Positions 26,551 through 36,061 of a stretch of DNA of 64,000 nucleotides are shown here, piece after piece. The DNA comes from Patescibacteria group bacterium (GTDB lineage: Bacteria; Patescibacteriota; Patescibacteriia; Patescibacteriales; UBA12465), in the NCBI GenBank assembly GCA_041650715.1, contig JBAZKQ010000001.1, positions 326,945 through 390,944 on the forward strand. The letters run 5' to 3'. A model generated the notes under the pieces. It was given only the letters and a program-made list of their open reading frames with translations, was not told where the DNA came from and did not search any database. Every line of letters begins with the position of its first letter. Position 1 is the stretch's first letter. Position numbers and translations under genes: made by a program.

Positions 26551-29500
26551 TTATTCTTTTTTCAAGATAAAAACTAAAACCGGTTGACAAAAAGAGGAGT
26601 AGGACAAGCCCGGCAAGTTCGAAAGGATTAAAGCCGGTTTCCGCTAAGACCGCTATTTTTCTGATTTCTAAACTTGAACTGGCAGTAACAACATCATTGT
26701 TATCGGAGCTGGCGTAAGCTTGGGTCGCTAAATTTTTAGCAGCGGCGTCTCGCGCGACATCGATTTTAACTTTGATTACTTTTGTTTCTCCCGAAGCCAT
26801 ATCGCCTAAGCTCCAACTTTGTTCCTGTTTACCGGTATCGCTAAAGCTTAGTTCGGGCGGAAGCACGTGTTTTAAAATTGTATTATATGAACTCAAATTA
26901 CCATTATTAGTAACGGTAAGTTCGAATTCGACTCCTTTTGTTCCCGGGTTAGCATAAGGGACAAGAACTTTATTAGTGATACTAAGCTGCGGTGCTCCTT
27001 CTTCACCGAGCACAAGAACTTGTCCCGGAGCAGCCCCTGAATTGCAAGTTAAAGTCTGAGTCAGCGGCTTTTCTTCTCCGACCAGCTCAGATAAATTGTA
27101 GGTGGAAATCGGGCGGAGATAATAGGCCGTATTTGGGTTTAAACCATCGATATTTATACTATGGCCGCTTACTTGGTTCGAGTTTAACGGCGTTGAGCTG
27201 GCATATCCGTAATTAGGCGATACGGCGAGAGTCGGATGTGATTCGGTATCGAAGATTACGCGCGAGTCGGCCGCGTAGCTTGTTAACCAGGTAAAAGTTA
27301 AATTAACTTTGTCGCCCGAACATAACATAGTTATTTGCGGATTTGAAATGCCAAAACTAATTATTCCACCTCCACCGCCGCCTCCGCCACCACCACCTCC
27401 ACCGCCGTTTGATTCGTTTTCACAATTAGCGCTGCAGCCATCACCGCTTACAACGTTGCCGTCGTCGCATTGTTCTCCGCTTTCAAGAATATTGTTTCCG
27501 CAAATCGGAATTATGGCGACACAGGCGGAACCATTCCAATTAAAGCCGGCGGCGCAGGAAAAATAACAAGCTTCGGTTGTTGATGCCAAACTGTAAATAG
27601 TGGAGCTGGCTATTTTTGACCAGCTGGTGCAAGTTGTCCCGTTTGAAGCTATACATGTCTGCTCATAACCGCTTACCGTGTTCCAGACGCTATTTTCCGG
27701 TTTTGCACTGCAGGAAAAATTATTAGTTTCCCACTGGCAAGTACTACTGCAGCCGTCACCAGCACCTATATTATTGTCATCACATTGCTCGCCCTGGCCG
27801 CTATCTACAATACCGTCTCCGCAGGAGGCGCCGTTTATCGTCGCTGTTTTGCATTGATTTGTACAGTAATTGCAAGTTTCGCCATATGCGGCTGAACAGA
27901 TTGTCCCGTTTTGCGTACCGTCGTCGCATTGTTCATCTGCTTGATTTATCGAAGTATCGCCACAGTAAGGATCGGGAGTATCGGGCGTACAGATATTGCC
28001 GCTTCCTAAATGATAGCCGGCAGCGCAGGCAATTTGGCAAGCAGCGTTGCATAGACCATGGCTAATAACATCGCCATCACATTGCTCGCTGCTTTGATTA
28101 ATAGTTAAATCACCACAATAAGGCAAATTAATTAATGTACAGGTTGCAGAACAAGATTGATTTGCTCCAACGCCACTCGAGCCATCGCATTCTTCGCTGC
28201 CGTTTTTAATTTTATCGCCGCAGTTAGGTCCTGTGACCGAAGCTGTTTGGCAAAGCGACGAACAGTAATCACATGTCATGTTGTAATCAGCTTTACAGGT
28301 TTGACCGTTTAAGGCGCCGTCATCGCACTGCTCGCCGGGGTCTTGGATCGTGTTTCCACACACGCCAATATAGTTTCCGAAATCTTGGCCGCTGATATTT
28401 TGGCCTTCATTTAGGGTTATGGTGTAGGGACTTCCCGCCAGTGGGTAGCTTTGCGTATATGAGCTGACGCCAGTTTTTCCACCCTCGGAAATCGTGTAAG
28501 TTCCCGGCAGCAATCCGCTAAAAGAATATTTACCCAGGGAGTCTGTTTTTTGAGTTGAGCTGGCTGAACCGCTAAGATTAATGACCCAGTCGGAATCAGC
28601 GGTTTCACCGGTCAATAATCCGTCATTATTAGCATCAATATATTTTGTGCCCGATATGGAACCGTACTGGCAAATTCTTTGGGATATGGTGTTGTATATT
28701 TCTTGCAAATCACTTGGGCTCGGAGCAAAGTAGTATTCGGCATTTGTGCTACTGGCGATATCCTGCAGCATTGTTGCGTTTACGTCTGTGCCCAGGCCGA
28801 TTGTAAAAATTTTATACCCGGCAGCAGCGGCGGCCAGCGCCTTGGTTTTAGCATAATCCACATCATCGGCATTTTCACCCGATCCATTACCATTCGGTAA
28901 ATTAGCCATACCGTCAGTCAATAAAATTTCGATTTTAACGGCTTGCGGGTTTGCGCGGCTTGACCCAAGCTCGGTATTCGCTAATTTTATCGCGTCTCCA
29001 ATATTAGTCGAGCCTCCGGATATTAAGTTGTTGATGCTTGTTTTGGTGGCCGCATGGCCGTTTGATAGTCCCTTGTCTAAAGTAGAGTAGCTCGCAAACG
29101 AGACAAGGGCTGATTGGTCGTTGCTCATTAGTAAGTCAACAAAGTTATTTGCCGCTGCTTTAGCTGAACTAAATTTACTATAAGTTAGTGTCCAGGACCC
29201 AGTTTTCTGCATACACCAGTCTTTGTCTATATCGGTTTTCGTTTTTTTAATTCCATCTTTATAATATACGCAAGTGCCCAATTCTCCCTGGGCCATACTT
29301 CCAGAACGGTCGAGAATCAAAACGACGTCGACCGGCGCAGTACACATTTGAGGGGCGCTCGCGTTGGCCGCCGGGGCAACAAAAAACACGCCCAGGAGAG
29401 ACATGTTAATAACCGAAAGAAACATTGTGAAAATAGACAGAGTTTTTTTAAGCTCGCTATTTTTTTTATTTGCACTTAAAGATGCTTGTCTTTTAGACAT
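26543..29500 (-). CDS. large sortase-anchored surface protein: vWA domain, Cna-B/SdrD-like domain, multiple Cys-rich repeats, poly-Gly linker, LAETG sorting signal
   Basis: Signal peptide. MIDAS motif DRSGSM. GTKYIDANNDG...GTYTISEG. At least 6 repeats of CG(D/N)xxxxxxEQCDDG. A run of 13 Gly. C-terminal LAETG plus a hydrophobic stretch plus KRINE. Confidence 0.9.
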   Translation of the reverse strand: MSKRQASLSANKKNSELKKTLSIFTMFLSVINMSLLGVFFVAPAANASAPQMCTAPVDVVLILDRSGSMAQGELGTCVYYKDGIKKTKTDIDKDWCMQKTGSWTLTYSKFSSAKAAANNFVDLLMSNDQSALVSFASYSTLDKGLSNGHAATKTSINNLISGGSTNIGDAIKLANTELGSSRANPQAVKIEILLTDGMANLPNGNGSGENADDVDYAKTKALAAAAAGYKIFTIGLGTDVNATMLQDIASSTNAEYYFAPSPSDLQEIYNTISQRICQYGSISGTKYIDANNDGLLTGETADSDWVINLSGSASSTQKTDSLGKYSFSGLLPGTYTISEGGKTGVSSYTQSYPLAGSPYTITLNEGQNISGQDFGNYIGVCGNTIQDPGEQCDDGALNGQTCKADYNMTCDYCSSLCQTASVTGPNCGDKIKNGSEECDGSSGVGANQSCSATCTLINLPYCGDLTINQSSEQCDGDVISHGLCNAACQIACAAGYHLGSGNICTPDTPDPYCGDTSINQADEQCDDGTQNGTICSAAYGETCNYCTNQCKTATINGASCGDGIVDSGQGEQCDDNNIGAGDGCSSTCQWETNNFSCSAKPENSVWNTVSGYEQTCIASNGTTCTSWSKIASSTIYSLASTTEACYFSCAAGFNWNGSACVAIIPICGNNILESGEQCDDGNVVSGDGCSANCENESNGGGGGGGGGGGGGGIISFGISNPQITMLCSGDKVNLTFTWLTSYAADSRVIFDTESHPTLAVSPNYGYASSTPLNSNQVSGHSINIDGLNPNTAYYLRPISTYNLSELVGEEKPLTQTLTCNSGAAPGQVLVLGEEGAPQLSITNKVLVPYANPGTKGVEFELTVTNNGNLSSYNTILKHVLPPELSFSDTGKQEQSWSLGDMASGETKVIKVKIDVARDAAAKNLATQAYASSDNNDVVTASSSLEIRKIAVLAETGFNPFELAGLVLLLFLSTGFSFYLEKRINE
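27366..27407. repeat. (GGN)n tract encoding the poly-glycine linker
   Basis: ccacctccaccgccgcctccgccaccaccacctccaccgccg on the plus strand, in frame within the 985-aa ORF. Confidence 0.9.
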
Positions 29501-29737
29501 ATTTTTATAATTAGTTTGAAGACATTACATAACCCGTAACTTCAGTCTTGAAAACAAACAGTTTCAGGCTATAAACAGCCTCGAACTAATTATTTTAAAT
29601 ATCTCTAAAATGTATATATATTATAATTCCGCTTTTTTAAAAAATCAACTGTATTGAAACAAAATGAACGATTTGTCAAATTATTAACAACTTATTTTAA
29701 ATGTGTTAAAATTAATAAACAGATAGATTAAAATCAT

Positions 29738-30409
29738 ATGAAAATTTTAATCGTCGAAGATCAAGAAAATTTAGCTCGTTTAATTTCTGATGGTTTAGAG
29801 GCGGAAGGCTTCTCGACAGAATATGTTCTTGACGGCGAATTTGCAGCCGCGCGGATAAATTGTAATCAGGATTTGTATGACCTTATCATCCTGGATATAA
29901 TGCTGCCCGGAAAGAACGGCCTGGATGTTTGTCGTTTTTGTCGAGAGAAGAATATTACGACGCCGATTTTAATGCTTACCGCCAAAGACAGTCCCGAGGA
30001 TATAGTCGCCGGATTAAGTTTGGGCGCCGATGATTACTTGGTTAAGCCCTTCTCTTTTGAGGTTTTAATTGCGCGTATTCGCGCCTTATTGCGGCGGCCC
30101 GCGAGTAGCTTACCGGCTATATTAAAAATTAAGAATATTACGCTCGATCCGAATCAAAAAATAGTTTTCAAAAATAGGATTGAGATAAAGTTAACCAAAA
30201 AAGAATTGTGCATTTTAGAATATTTGATGCGGCACCCTAATCAAGTTATAAATCGAGATCAAATTATTGCCAATATCTGGGACCTGTCAAATGAATCCTT
30301 CAGCAATTTCGTTGATGTGCATATCAATAATTTAAGAAAAAAAATCGGCAGCAAGAAAGATAAGGTCATCGAAACAATCAGCGGGCTCGGCTATCGTATA
30401 AAAAATTAA
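29738..30409 (+). CDS. OmpR-family response regulator
   Basis: Receiver domain (DLIILDIMLPG, LMLTAKD, DDYLVKPF) plus winged-helix C-terminus (GLGYRI). Confidence 0.93.
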   Translation: MKILIVEDQENLARLISDGLEAEGFSTEYVLDGEFAAARINCNQDLYDLIILDIMLPGKNGLDVCRFCREKNITTPILMLTAKDSPEDIVAGLSLGADDYLVKPFSFEVLIARIRALLRRPASSLPAILKIKNITLDPNQKIVFKNRIEIKLTKKELCILEYLMRHPNQVINRDQIIANIWDLSNESFSNFVDVHINNLRKKIGSKKDKVIETISGLGYRIKN

Positions 30410-30440
30410 AATAAAAATTAAAATCGCGATTCATATTAAA

Positions 30441-32363
30441 TTATAGCTCCGACAACGGGGTATTTTTTGTATCCGGCCAAAGCGGCTCCTGTTTATTCGG
30501 AAAATGTTTTTTCAAAAGGGGGAAAGAAATATAAAACGTAGTTCCCTCACCAAGTTGAGATTCGAAGTGAATCTCGCCCCCCGCTTGTTCGGCCAAGGCT
30601 TTGACGATATATAGACCCAAGCCGTTACCGGAAGGACAGATTTCTCTGGCATTTTTGGCACGGAATAGTTTCGTAAAAATTTTATTTTTGTCCTCCTCGG
30701 GAATTCCGCAACCGGTGTCGCTAATCGCCAGTAAAATTGAGTTGTCGCGAATTTTCGCTTGAATTCTGATAGTCCCCTCCGGAGGCGTATAGCTGATGGC
30801 GTTAGCTAATAAATTTTCCAGAATAATTTTTATTACTTGCGCGTCAAATAAAATTTTAGGCAGGGGGATATCGTCATAGCAAACTTGCAATTTTTTTGCC
30901 CGTAGCTGCCGGGTTAAGTCATTGAGTATTTGCTGGATATTTGCTTCTAAACTAACCGCTTCCAATCTGACTATATATGTCCCCAGTTCGACTCGAGATA
31001 CATTCAATAAATTTTTTATTACATCCGTCATGCGCTTGGTTGAGTCATGGATCTCCCCGAGATAGCGCGCCTGCTTGTTGTCAATCGGTCCCGCGACGCT
31101 ACGCAATAATAGCTCTGTGCCTAAGCGGACGCTCGTTAAATGCGTTCTTAATTGGTGCGAGACTAAAGAAATAAATTCCGTTTTCGCATACTCGATATCT
31201 TTTGTTTCAGTCACGTCGTGGATAATCCATAAAATATAAGGGGCAATATTATTTTCTTCTTTAACCAGGGAAACGCTGGTGTCACCCCATAAAACAGTCC
31301 CGTCTTTTTTATGATATTTATTTTCGAAATTATAGTAGTCGAGGCGGCCGGCTCTTAGTTCCTGCAGTTCAGATATTTCCGGCAAATTAGCGGTCAAAAG
31401 GTTTGGCGCAAATAAAACTATTTTAGACAAATCCTGTGGGCTGTATTGGCTTATTTTCGTAAAGCGTTGATTACATTCAATGATTCGCCCGTCTAAATCT
31501 GTCATCAAGATACCGACGGTGGCGTTATTAAAAATGGCATGAAATTTTTGTTCGCTGCGCCGGAAATTCATTTCGCTGTCTTTAATTTCTTTAAATAAAA
31601 GGGCGAAGGGTTTGCGTAATCCGATCTCAATAAAAACAATATAGATGAGATTAAATCCGGCCAGTTTAAATAAATGAGCTAATATGCTGGCATGGTTCTG
31701 GCTGCCGTCATAAAAAATTAAAATAATTTCCGAGATCAAACTTAAAACCAGCGCCCACATTAATAAGCGATAAACACGCTTATTAAAGTTGGCGGATTCT
31801 TGAGTGAGCTTTATCATGGCCGCTATTTGAAGTAGGCAGATAATGAGCTCGCTTATCTTAGCAAGAGTGCTTGGCCAGGAACTTATCGCCTGACTTGGGG
31901 TCAAGGACGGCCACCAGATAATTAAAGCGATAATAATAATTGAAATTAAGGTGGAGAAATAAAAAATGCGCAGTGTTTTTATGCTTTTACCGATAAAAAA
32001 ACAAGCCATCAAAAAAGAAAAAGCTTGCACATAGCGAGCGGCTAACCAAAATTGCTCTGATAAATTTGTAAAATTATTGCCAAACAAAGCACCGGATTTT
32101 TGGAACGAAAAAACATGCAGCAGGTCGAAGGTCGCGACAAAGAAAAAAGCGACTCCTAAAAAAACAAAATATTTATTCGCAATTAAGCGGCGCGAGTTCC
32201 AGGTAACCATGTAAACTCCGTAGCCGATTGTTATCGCAATTATTTCCGCCAAAGAATGGAAAAGTGTATAGCTATAAAGACTGACGAGGACAACTATTAA
32301 AATAATTACTTCTCGCTGCCATAAATCAAAATAAATATTTTGTCTCGATAATTTTTTAAACAT
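30441..32363 (-). CDS. sensor histidine kinase (multi-TM N-terminal sensor, PAS, HisKA, HATPase_c)
   Basis: About 7 TM helices. PAS-like segment. H-box SHQLRTHL, N-box LLANAISYT, G-boxes DTGCGI and GNGLGL. The ATG at 32363 is preferred. Confidence 0.92.
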   Translation of the reverse strand: MFKKLSRQNIYFDLWQREVIILIVVLVSLYSYTLFHSLAEIIAITIGYGVYMVTWNSRRLIANKYFVFLGVAFFFVATFDLLHVFSFQKSGALFGNNFTNLSEQFWLAARYVQAFSFLMACFFIGKSIKTLRIFYFSTLISIIIIALIIWWPSLTPSQAISSWPSTLAKISELIICLLQIAAMIKLTQESANFNKRVYRLLMWALVLSLISEIILIFYDGSQNHASILAHLFKLAGFNLIYIVFIEIGLRKPFALLFKEIKDSEMNFRRSEQKFHAIFNNATVGILMTDLDGRIIECNQRFTKISQYSPQDLSKIVLFAPNLLTANLPEISELQELRAGRLDYYNFENKYHKKDGTVLWGDTSVSLVKEENNIAPYILWIIHDVTETKDIEYAKTEFISLVSHQLRTHLTSVRLGTELLLRSVAGPIDNKQARYLGEIHDSTKRMTDVIKNLLNVSRVELGTYIVRLEAVSLEANIQQILNDLTRQLRAKKLQVCYDDIPLPKILFDAQVIKIILENLLANAISYTPPEGTIRIQAKIRDNSILLAISDTGCGIPEEDKNKIFTKLFRAKNAREICPSGNGLGLYIVKALAEQAGGEIHFESQLGEGTTFYISFPLLKKHFPNKQEPLWPDTKNTPLSEL

Positions 32364-32526
32364 ATTAAGCAAAGTTAAAATTTTTGTTTTTGCTTGTGGA
32401 TAATTAGCGTTTTCGCCTTGAGATTGATTAAAGATTAGCCATTTTCTAAATAGTTAATAAGTATAGTGCAATTTAATGGTTTCTTAATTTTAAATTATTA
32501 TACTTTTACTTGTTAAAAGGTCGAAG

Positions 32527-32563
32527 CGTTCCCTGCTTTAACGGGACGAAAGCGCAAGCTTTC
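32527..32563 (+). promoter_or_regulatory. two adjacent GC-rich hairpins in the 5' region of the secreted-protein operon
   Basis: cgttccc-tgctttaac-gggacg, then gaaagc-GCAA-gctttc (GNRA-type loop), inside an otherwise AT-rich 258-bp gap. Confidence 0.3.
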
Positions 32564-32630
32564 AAATTATAATCATTAATAATATTTAGACTTATCTTTT
32601 CTTGCGATTGATCAGTTTAAATTCAAATGT

Positions 32631-33731
32631 ATGAAAAAAAAATATTTTAACATTTTTGCAATTGTGACGGTGATTTCATTTTCCCTGTCGCCGTTATTAG
32701 CTTTAGCACAAACAACTTCTTCTGTGGACACCATGCTGACGCGTGATTCTTCAGGCGGAGCAAATCCCATAGTTAAGGCGAAATGGGAAATGAATTCCAC
32801 TAAAGGAACAGATCAGAAATATTTAGGGACGGATGCCGCGACAACGGCCGGTGCCCAATTTATGCCCTCTGGCCAATATCAAGTCGGTAAGACAATCACG
32901 GTTTGTGGCATTGTGACAGACCCTGACGGCGTTGCTGATATAGACAATGTCTACTCGGATGTTTTTTATCCGGTCGATATTTCAACCGGACCAAATCATG
33001 AGCCTAACCGCTTGGGCTGCGGTCAACAATTGCCCGAGTTCACTTTAACCAAACTTTCTAAGGCGGACGGTATTGAATTGTTCTGCAATAAGATCAAGAA
33101 CAATAACAATAATCTGCCAACCTTTAATGAGGGTTATGGTTATAGCGAAATCTGTGCCCTTGATGGCGAACTCTGGAAAGAAACCGCCTACGCTTTTTGC
33201 GGCGAAATAACTCTTTCCTATGAAGATCCTTCGGGCAGTTATAACACTCAAGTTTTAGCTCAAGATAAAAGTGGTAAGGACGGGATGCTAACCAATACAT
33301 TTACGTATTTACCGCTCACAGCCTTTGAAGCCGACTTCAATAGCGTTGCTTATGGTAATGTTCGTTTGAACACCCATAAAATTATCAGCGGTGATTTGAA
33401 TTATTCGCCAAATGATGGTCGGGCCACGGTACGAAACATCGGTAATACGCGCCTAAGCATGAAGGTTTGGCAGAATGATATGGGGCTCAGCCAAACGGAC
33501 GGGCAATGGAACGTAAAGTACGATGGTCGAGTCGGCAGTTCGGCTGAATTTGCCAATTACTGGCCGGAAACGACTAAAACCTTAACAGAGTCGCTAAATC
33601 TATCACAGACGAACGAAATGGATTTCTCTGTGACTATTACTAAGTTTCCGCCTAATCATGACGGCGACAACTACGTCGGTAATATGGTGTTAAGCGCAAC
33701 GCCAGTTGCTCATCTGACTTGTGCCATTTAA
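32631..33731 (+). CDS. secreted hypothetical protein (Ig-like/CARDB-like folds suspected)
   Basis: Signal peptide ..LLALAQT. 366 aa. The segment ATVRNIGNTRLSMKV resembles CARDB/DUF11-type strands. Confidence 0.6.
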   Translation: MKKKYFNIFAIVTVISFSLSPLLALAQTTSSVDTMLTRDSSGGANPIVKAKWEMNSTKGTDQKYLGTDAATTAGAQFMPSGQYQVGKTITVCGIVTDPDGVADIDNVYSDVFYPVDISTGPNHEPNRLGCGQQLPEFTLTKLSKADGIELFCNKIKNNNNNLPTFNEGYGYSEICALDGELWKETAYAFCGEITLSYEDPSGSYNTQVLAQDKSGKDGMLTNTFTYLPLTAFEADFNSVAYGNVRLNTHKIISGDLNYSPNDGRATVRNIGNTRLSMKVWQNDMGLSQTDGQWNVKYDGRVGSSAEFANYWPETTKTLTESLNLSQTNEMDFSVTITKFPPNHDGDNYVGNMVLSATPVAHLTCAI

Positions 33732-33776
33732 GATGCTTATTTACTAACACGTTTCTTCGATAACGTGGAAGTCATG

Positions 33777-33802
33777 CCGGGGAGGTGCTTGCCCCTCCCC
33801 GG
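33777..33802 (+). promoter_or_regulatory. GC-rich intercistronic hairpin without U-tract
   Basis: ccggggagg-tgcttgc-ccctccccgg. The flanking catg/catg extend the stem over the ATG at 33805. Confidence 0.5.
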
Positions 33803-33816
33803 TCATGCCCAATTAT

Positions 33817-34767
33817 ATGAAAAATTTTAAAAAGTCATTTATATATTTATTGCTAATTTTTGGCTTCTACCCTTTTACAAGTTCAGCGATTGGACAAATA
33901 ACAAGTCCGATTAATATTTCTGATGCTTTGCCCAGCGAAAGCTACGAAGAGGAACTTATGATAATTGGCGAGCGCACGGCGAGCTCAAGCATCGCTTTGA
34001 GCGCTTCGGGCGAAGTTAGCGATTGGATTACTTTCTACAAACCCGAAAATTTAAATTTGGCTATTAACTCAATTCAACTGGCCGCGGGAGAAAGTGCTAA
34101 GGTGATAGCGAAAATAATGATTCCAGCCAACGCCAGCTTGGGAAAACACTCCGGCATCGTCAGTGTCGCCCTGGGGACGGGCAAAAATGAAATCAATAAC
34201 CAATCAGGTGCCTACGTGACCCAAAAAATTGATCGTGATGTAAATATAAACGTGAGCTCAGAGGAAAAAATCAATTTTAATGTTTCAATTATCCCCGAGA
34301 CTTATGATTTGGCGCTGGGTGAGCCCCTAAATATCCGCATTATCTACGATAATCAAGGAAACACGAATATCGCCCCCGACATTCATTTAAAAATGCAAAA
34401 TGGCGATCAAGTGGTTTATAGCGTTATATTTCCTTATCCCGATAATACGCCGGAAACTAAACCGGGCTCACAGTTCGAAATTAAAAGTTTGCAAATTCCA
34501 AGCACGGGATTAGAACGAGGAAAGTATACAGTTAATTTAGATTTTTATAATAATAGCACTCTTTCTCTGCAAAAGGACTTCTCTTTCAGTTTACGGACGC
34601 CGGCCGAAAAACAATCCCTGCTGGCCGGTTTTTTCAGCCAGCTGAATAAGCAAATTCCTTTGTTTTTTCTTCTCGGAATAGCTCTTTTGTTCGCCCTTCT
34701 GGTTATGGTTAGGGGCGCAAATTTTTTTAAAGAAAAAAAGAAAAGCGTGAAACTATTTGAGAAATAA
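33817..34767 (+). CDS. cell-surface protein with signal peptide and C-terminal TM anchor (COG1470/NEW3-like repeats suspected)
   Basis: MKNFKKSFIYLLLIFGF.. signal. Beta-rich repeats. C-terminal IPLFFLLGIALLFALLVMV followed by a basic tail. The track start at 33805 is also possible. Confidence 0.6.
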   Translation: MKNFKKSFIYLLLIFGFYPFTSSAIGQITSPINISDALPSESYEEELMIIGERTASSSIALSASGEVSDWITFYKPENLNLAINSIQLAAGESAKVIAKIMIPANASLGKHSGIVSVALGTGKNEINNQSGAYVTQKIDRDVNINVSSEEKINFNVSIIPETYDLALGEPLNIRIIYDNQGNTNIAPDIHLKMQNGDQVVYSVIFPYPDNTPETKPGSQFEIKSLQIPSTGLERGKYTVNLDFYNNSTLSLQKDFSFSLRTPAEKQSLLAGFFSQLNKQIPLFFLLGIALLFALLVMVRGANFFKEKKKSVKLFEK

Positions 34768-34843
34768 ATGAGATTTATTTAATTTTAGCAGGCGTATTAT
34801 TTAGATCGGAAAATTTTAATATTCCGAATTAAGCTAAAATTAT

Positions 34844-35347
34844 ATGAAGAAATTATTTTTATTGTTACCCTTGGTCATAATCATAGCGGCCGGATGTACG
34901 CTGGGTAACTCGCCAAGCGCCAGTAATACGCCGTCTTCCGCGCTTAAGGTTGTGGCAACCGGTAGCGAGGCCCTGAACGCGGGACTAAACAGTGAACTCG
35001 GGACGACGACTACGATAGCTGGCAGTATGAAATTAGTGGACTCTCCATATGCTGACAATGCCTATTTAATTTCCGGCGATATATTATCGGCTGAGGCACA
35101 AAAAGCGCTTACCGGCTTTACTTTAAATAAACAGCTTCAGTCTGACGGTTCAACGCTTATAAGCTTAACCGCCACGAACCCGGAATATAGCGATCAGAAG
35201 TATGTGATTCAAACCGGACAATCATTGTATTTTGTTGATCGCATGCTCAGCGACGACTCCGGAATCGAAGGTAATCAGGCTGATGACTTTGGACTTATTA
35301 CTGACGGAAACGGTTATATCGTGCCCTCCAGTCTGCCTTTGCCTTAA
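34844..35347 (+). CDS. lipoprotein, unknown function
   Basis: Lipobox LVIIIAAGC. 167 aa. Confidence 0.6.
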   Translation: MKKLFLLLPLVIIIAAGCTLGNSPSASNTPSSALKVVATGSEALNAGLNSELGTTTTIAGSMKLVDSPYADNAYLISGDILSAEAQKALTGFTLNKQLQSDGSTLISLTATNPEYSDQKYVIQTGQSLYFVDRMLSDDSGIEGNQADDFGLITDGNGYIVPSSLPLP

Positions 35348-35359
35348 TAATATTAAAAG

Positions 35360-36037
35360 CTATAAAGGCAGTATTTTTTGGGCATCTATCCAGGCGGATA
35401 GTTCAGCGGCGGTAGGGACGTAACCCCGCAATTCAACGGCGCTTCCGCGGTGGATGCTTAAGTGCAGGTGCTTGCGTTCCCCGTCGGTTTCCTGGCTATA
35501 GGCCTTGCCTAATACGGCTATTTTTTGGGAAACCGGTAATTCATCCCCTACTCGGTTTGTAATCGAGGCTAATTTAAGATGGCCATAAAGCACGGTAACC
35601 ACCTCCTGGTTAATTGTGCATTTTTGGATTGCCACACCGCCGTAGCCATTAACATAATTTTTATAGATTAAAGTTCCGGCACAAATTGTCGATATCGGCA
35701 CGTCGCTATTTTCTTCCCCGGGCAATATTTCAAAATCTACACCCGTATGGTAGCCGGAAAATTTTTCCGGTTGGACGGGAGAATTTTGCGGAGAAACCTT
35801 TATGCCAAAGGGTTTTCTTGTTATTCTTTCGGCGGCCGAACTAATCGGTAGAGCCAAGGACGACTTAGTAGTTGTCGCCACGGCCACTTTTTGGTCGACA
35901 GTAGTCGCGCTGGTACTGGCAGCATTCCCGTTTGTATCATCTATTTTTACGACCGTTTTTGGTTTGAAAATAATAAAAGTGAGGCCAAGCGCAACAATAA
36001 TAACAAGAACCACTAAAAAATATGTATTTTTTGACAT
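35360..36037 (-). CDS. M23 family metallopeptidase (LytM domain)
   Basis: HTGVDF ... GHL ... HLHLSIH motifs, with an N-terminal TM anchor. Confidence 0.88.
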   Translation of the reverse strand: MSKNTYFLVVLVIIVALGLTFIIFKPKTVVKIDDTNGNAASTSATTVDQKVAVATTTKSSLALPISSAAERITRKPFGIKVSPQNSPVQPEKFSGYHTGVDFEILPGEENSDVPISTICAGTLIYKNYVNGYGGVAIQKCTINQEVVTVLYGHLKLASITNRVGDELPVSQKIAVLGKAYSQETDGERKHLHLSIHRGSAVELRGYVPTAAELSAWIDAQKILPL

Positions 36038-36061
36038 TTTATGTCTTTACTTGTTAAGCCT

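Noticed and set aside
27309-27566. 85-aa ORF with a poly-proline run
   Set aside because: It is the antisense reading of the poly-Gly tract inside the 985-aa adhesin gene.
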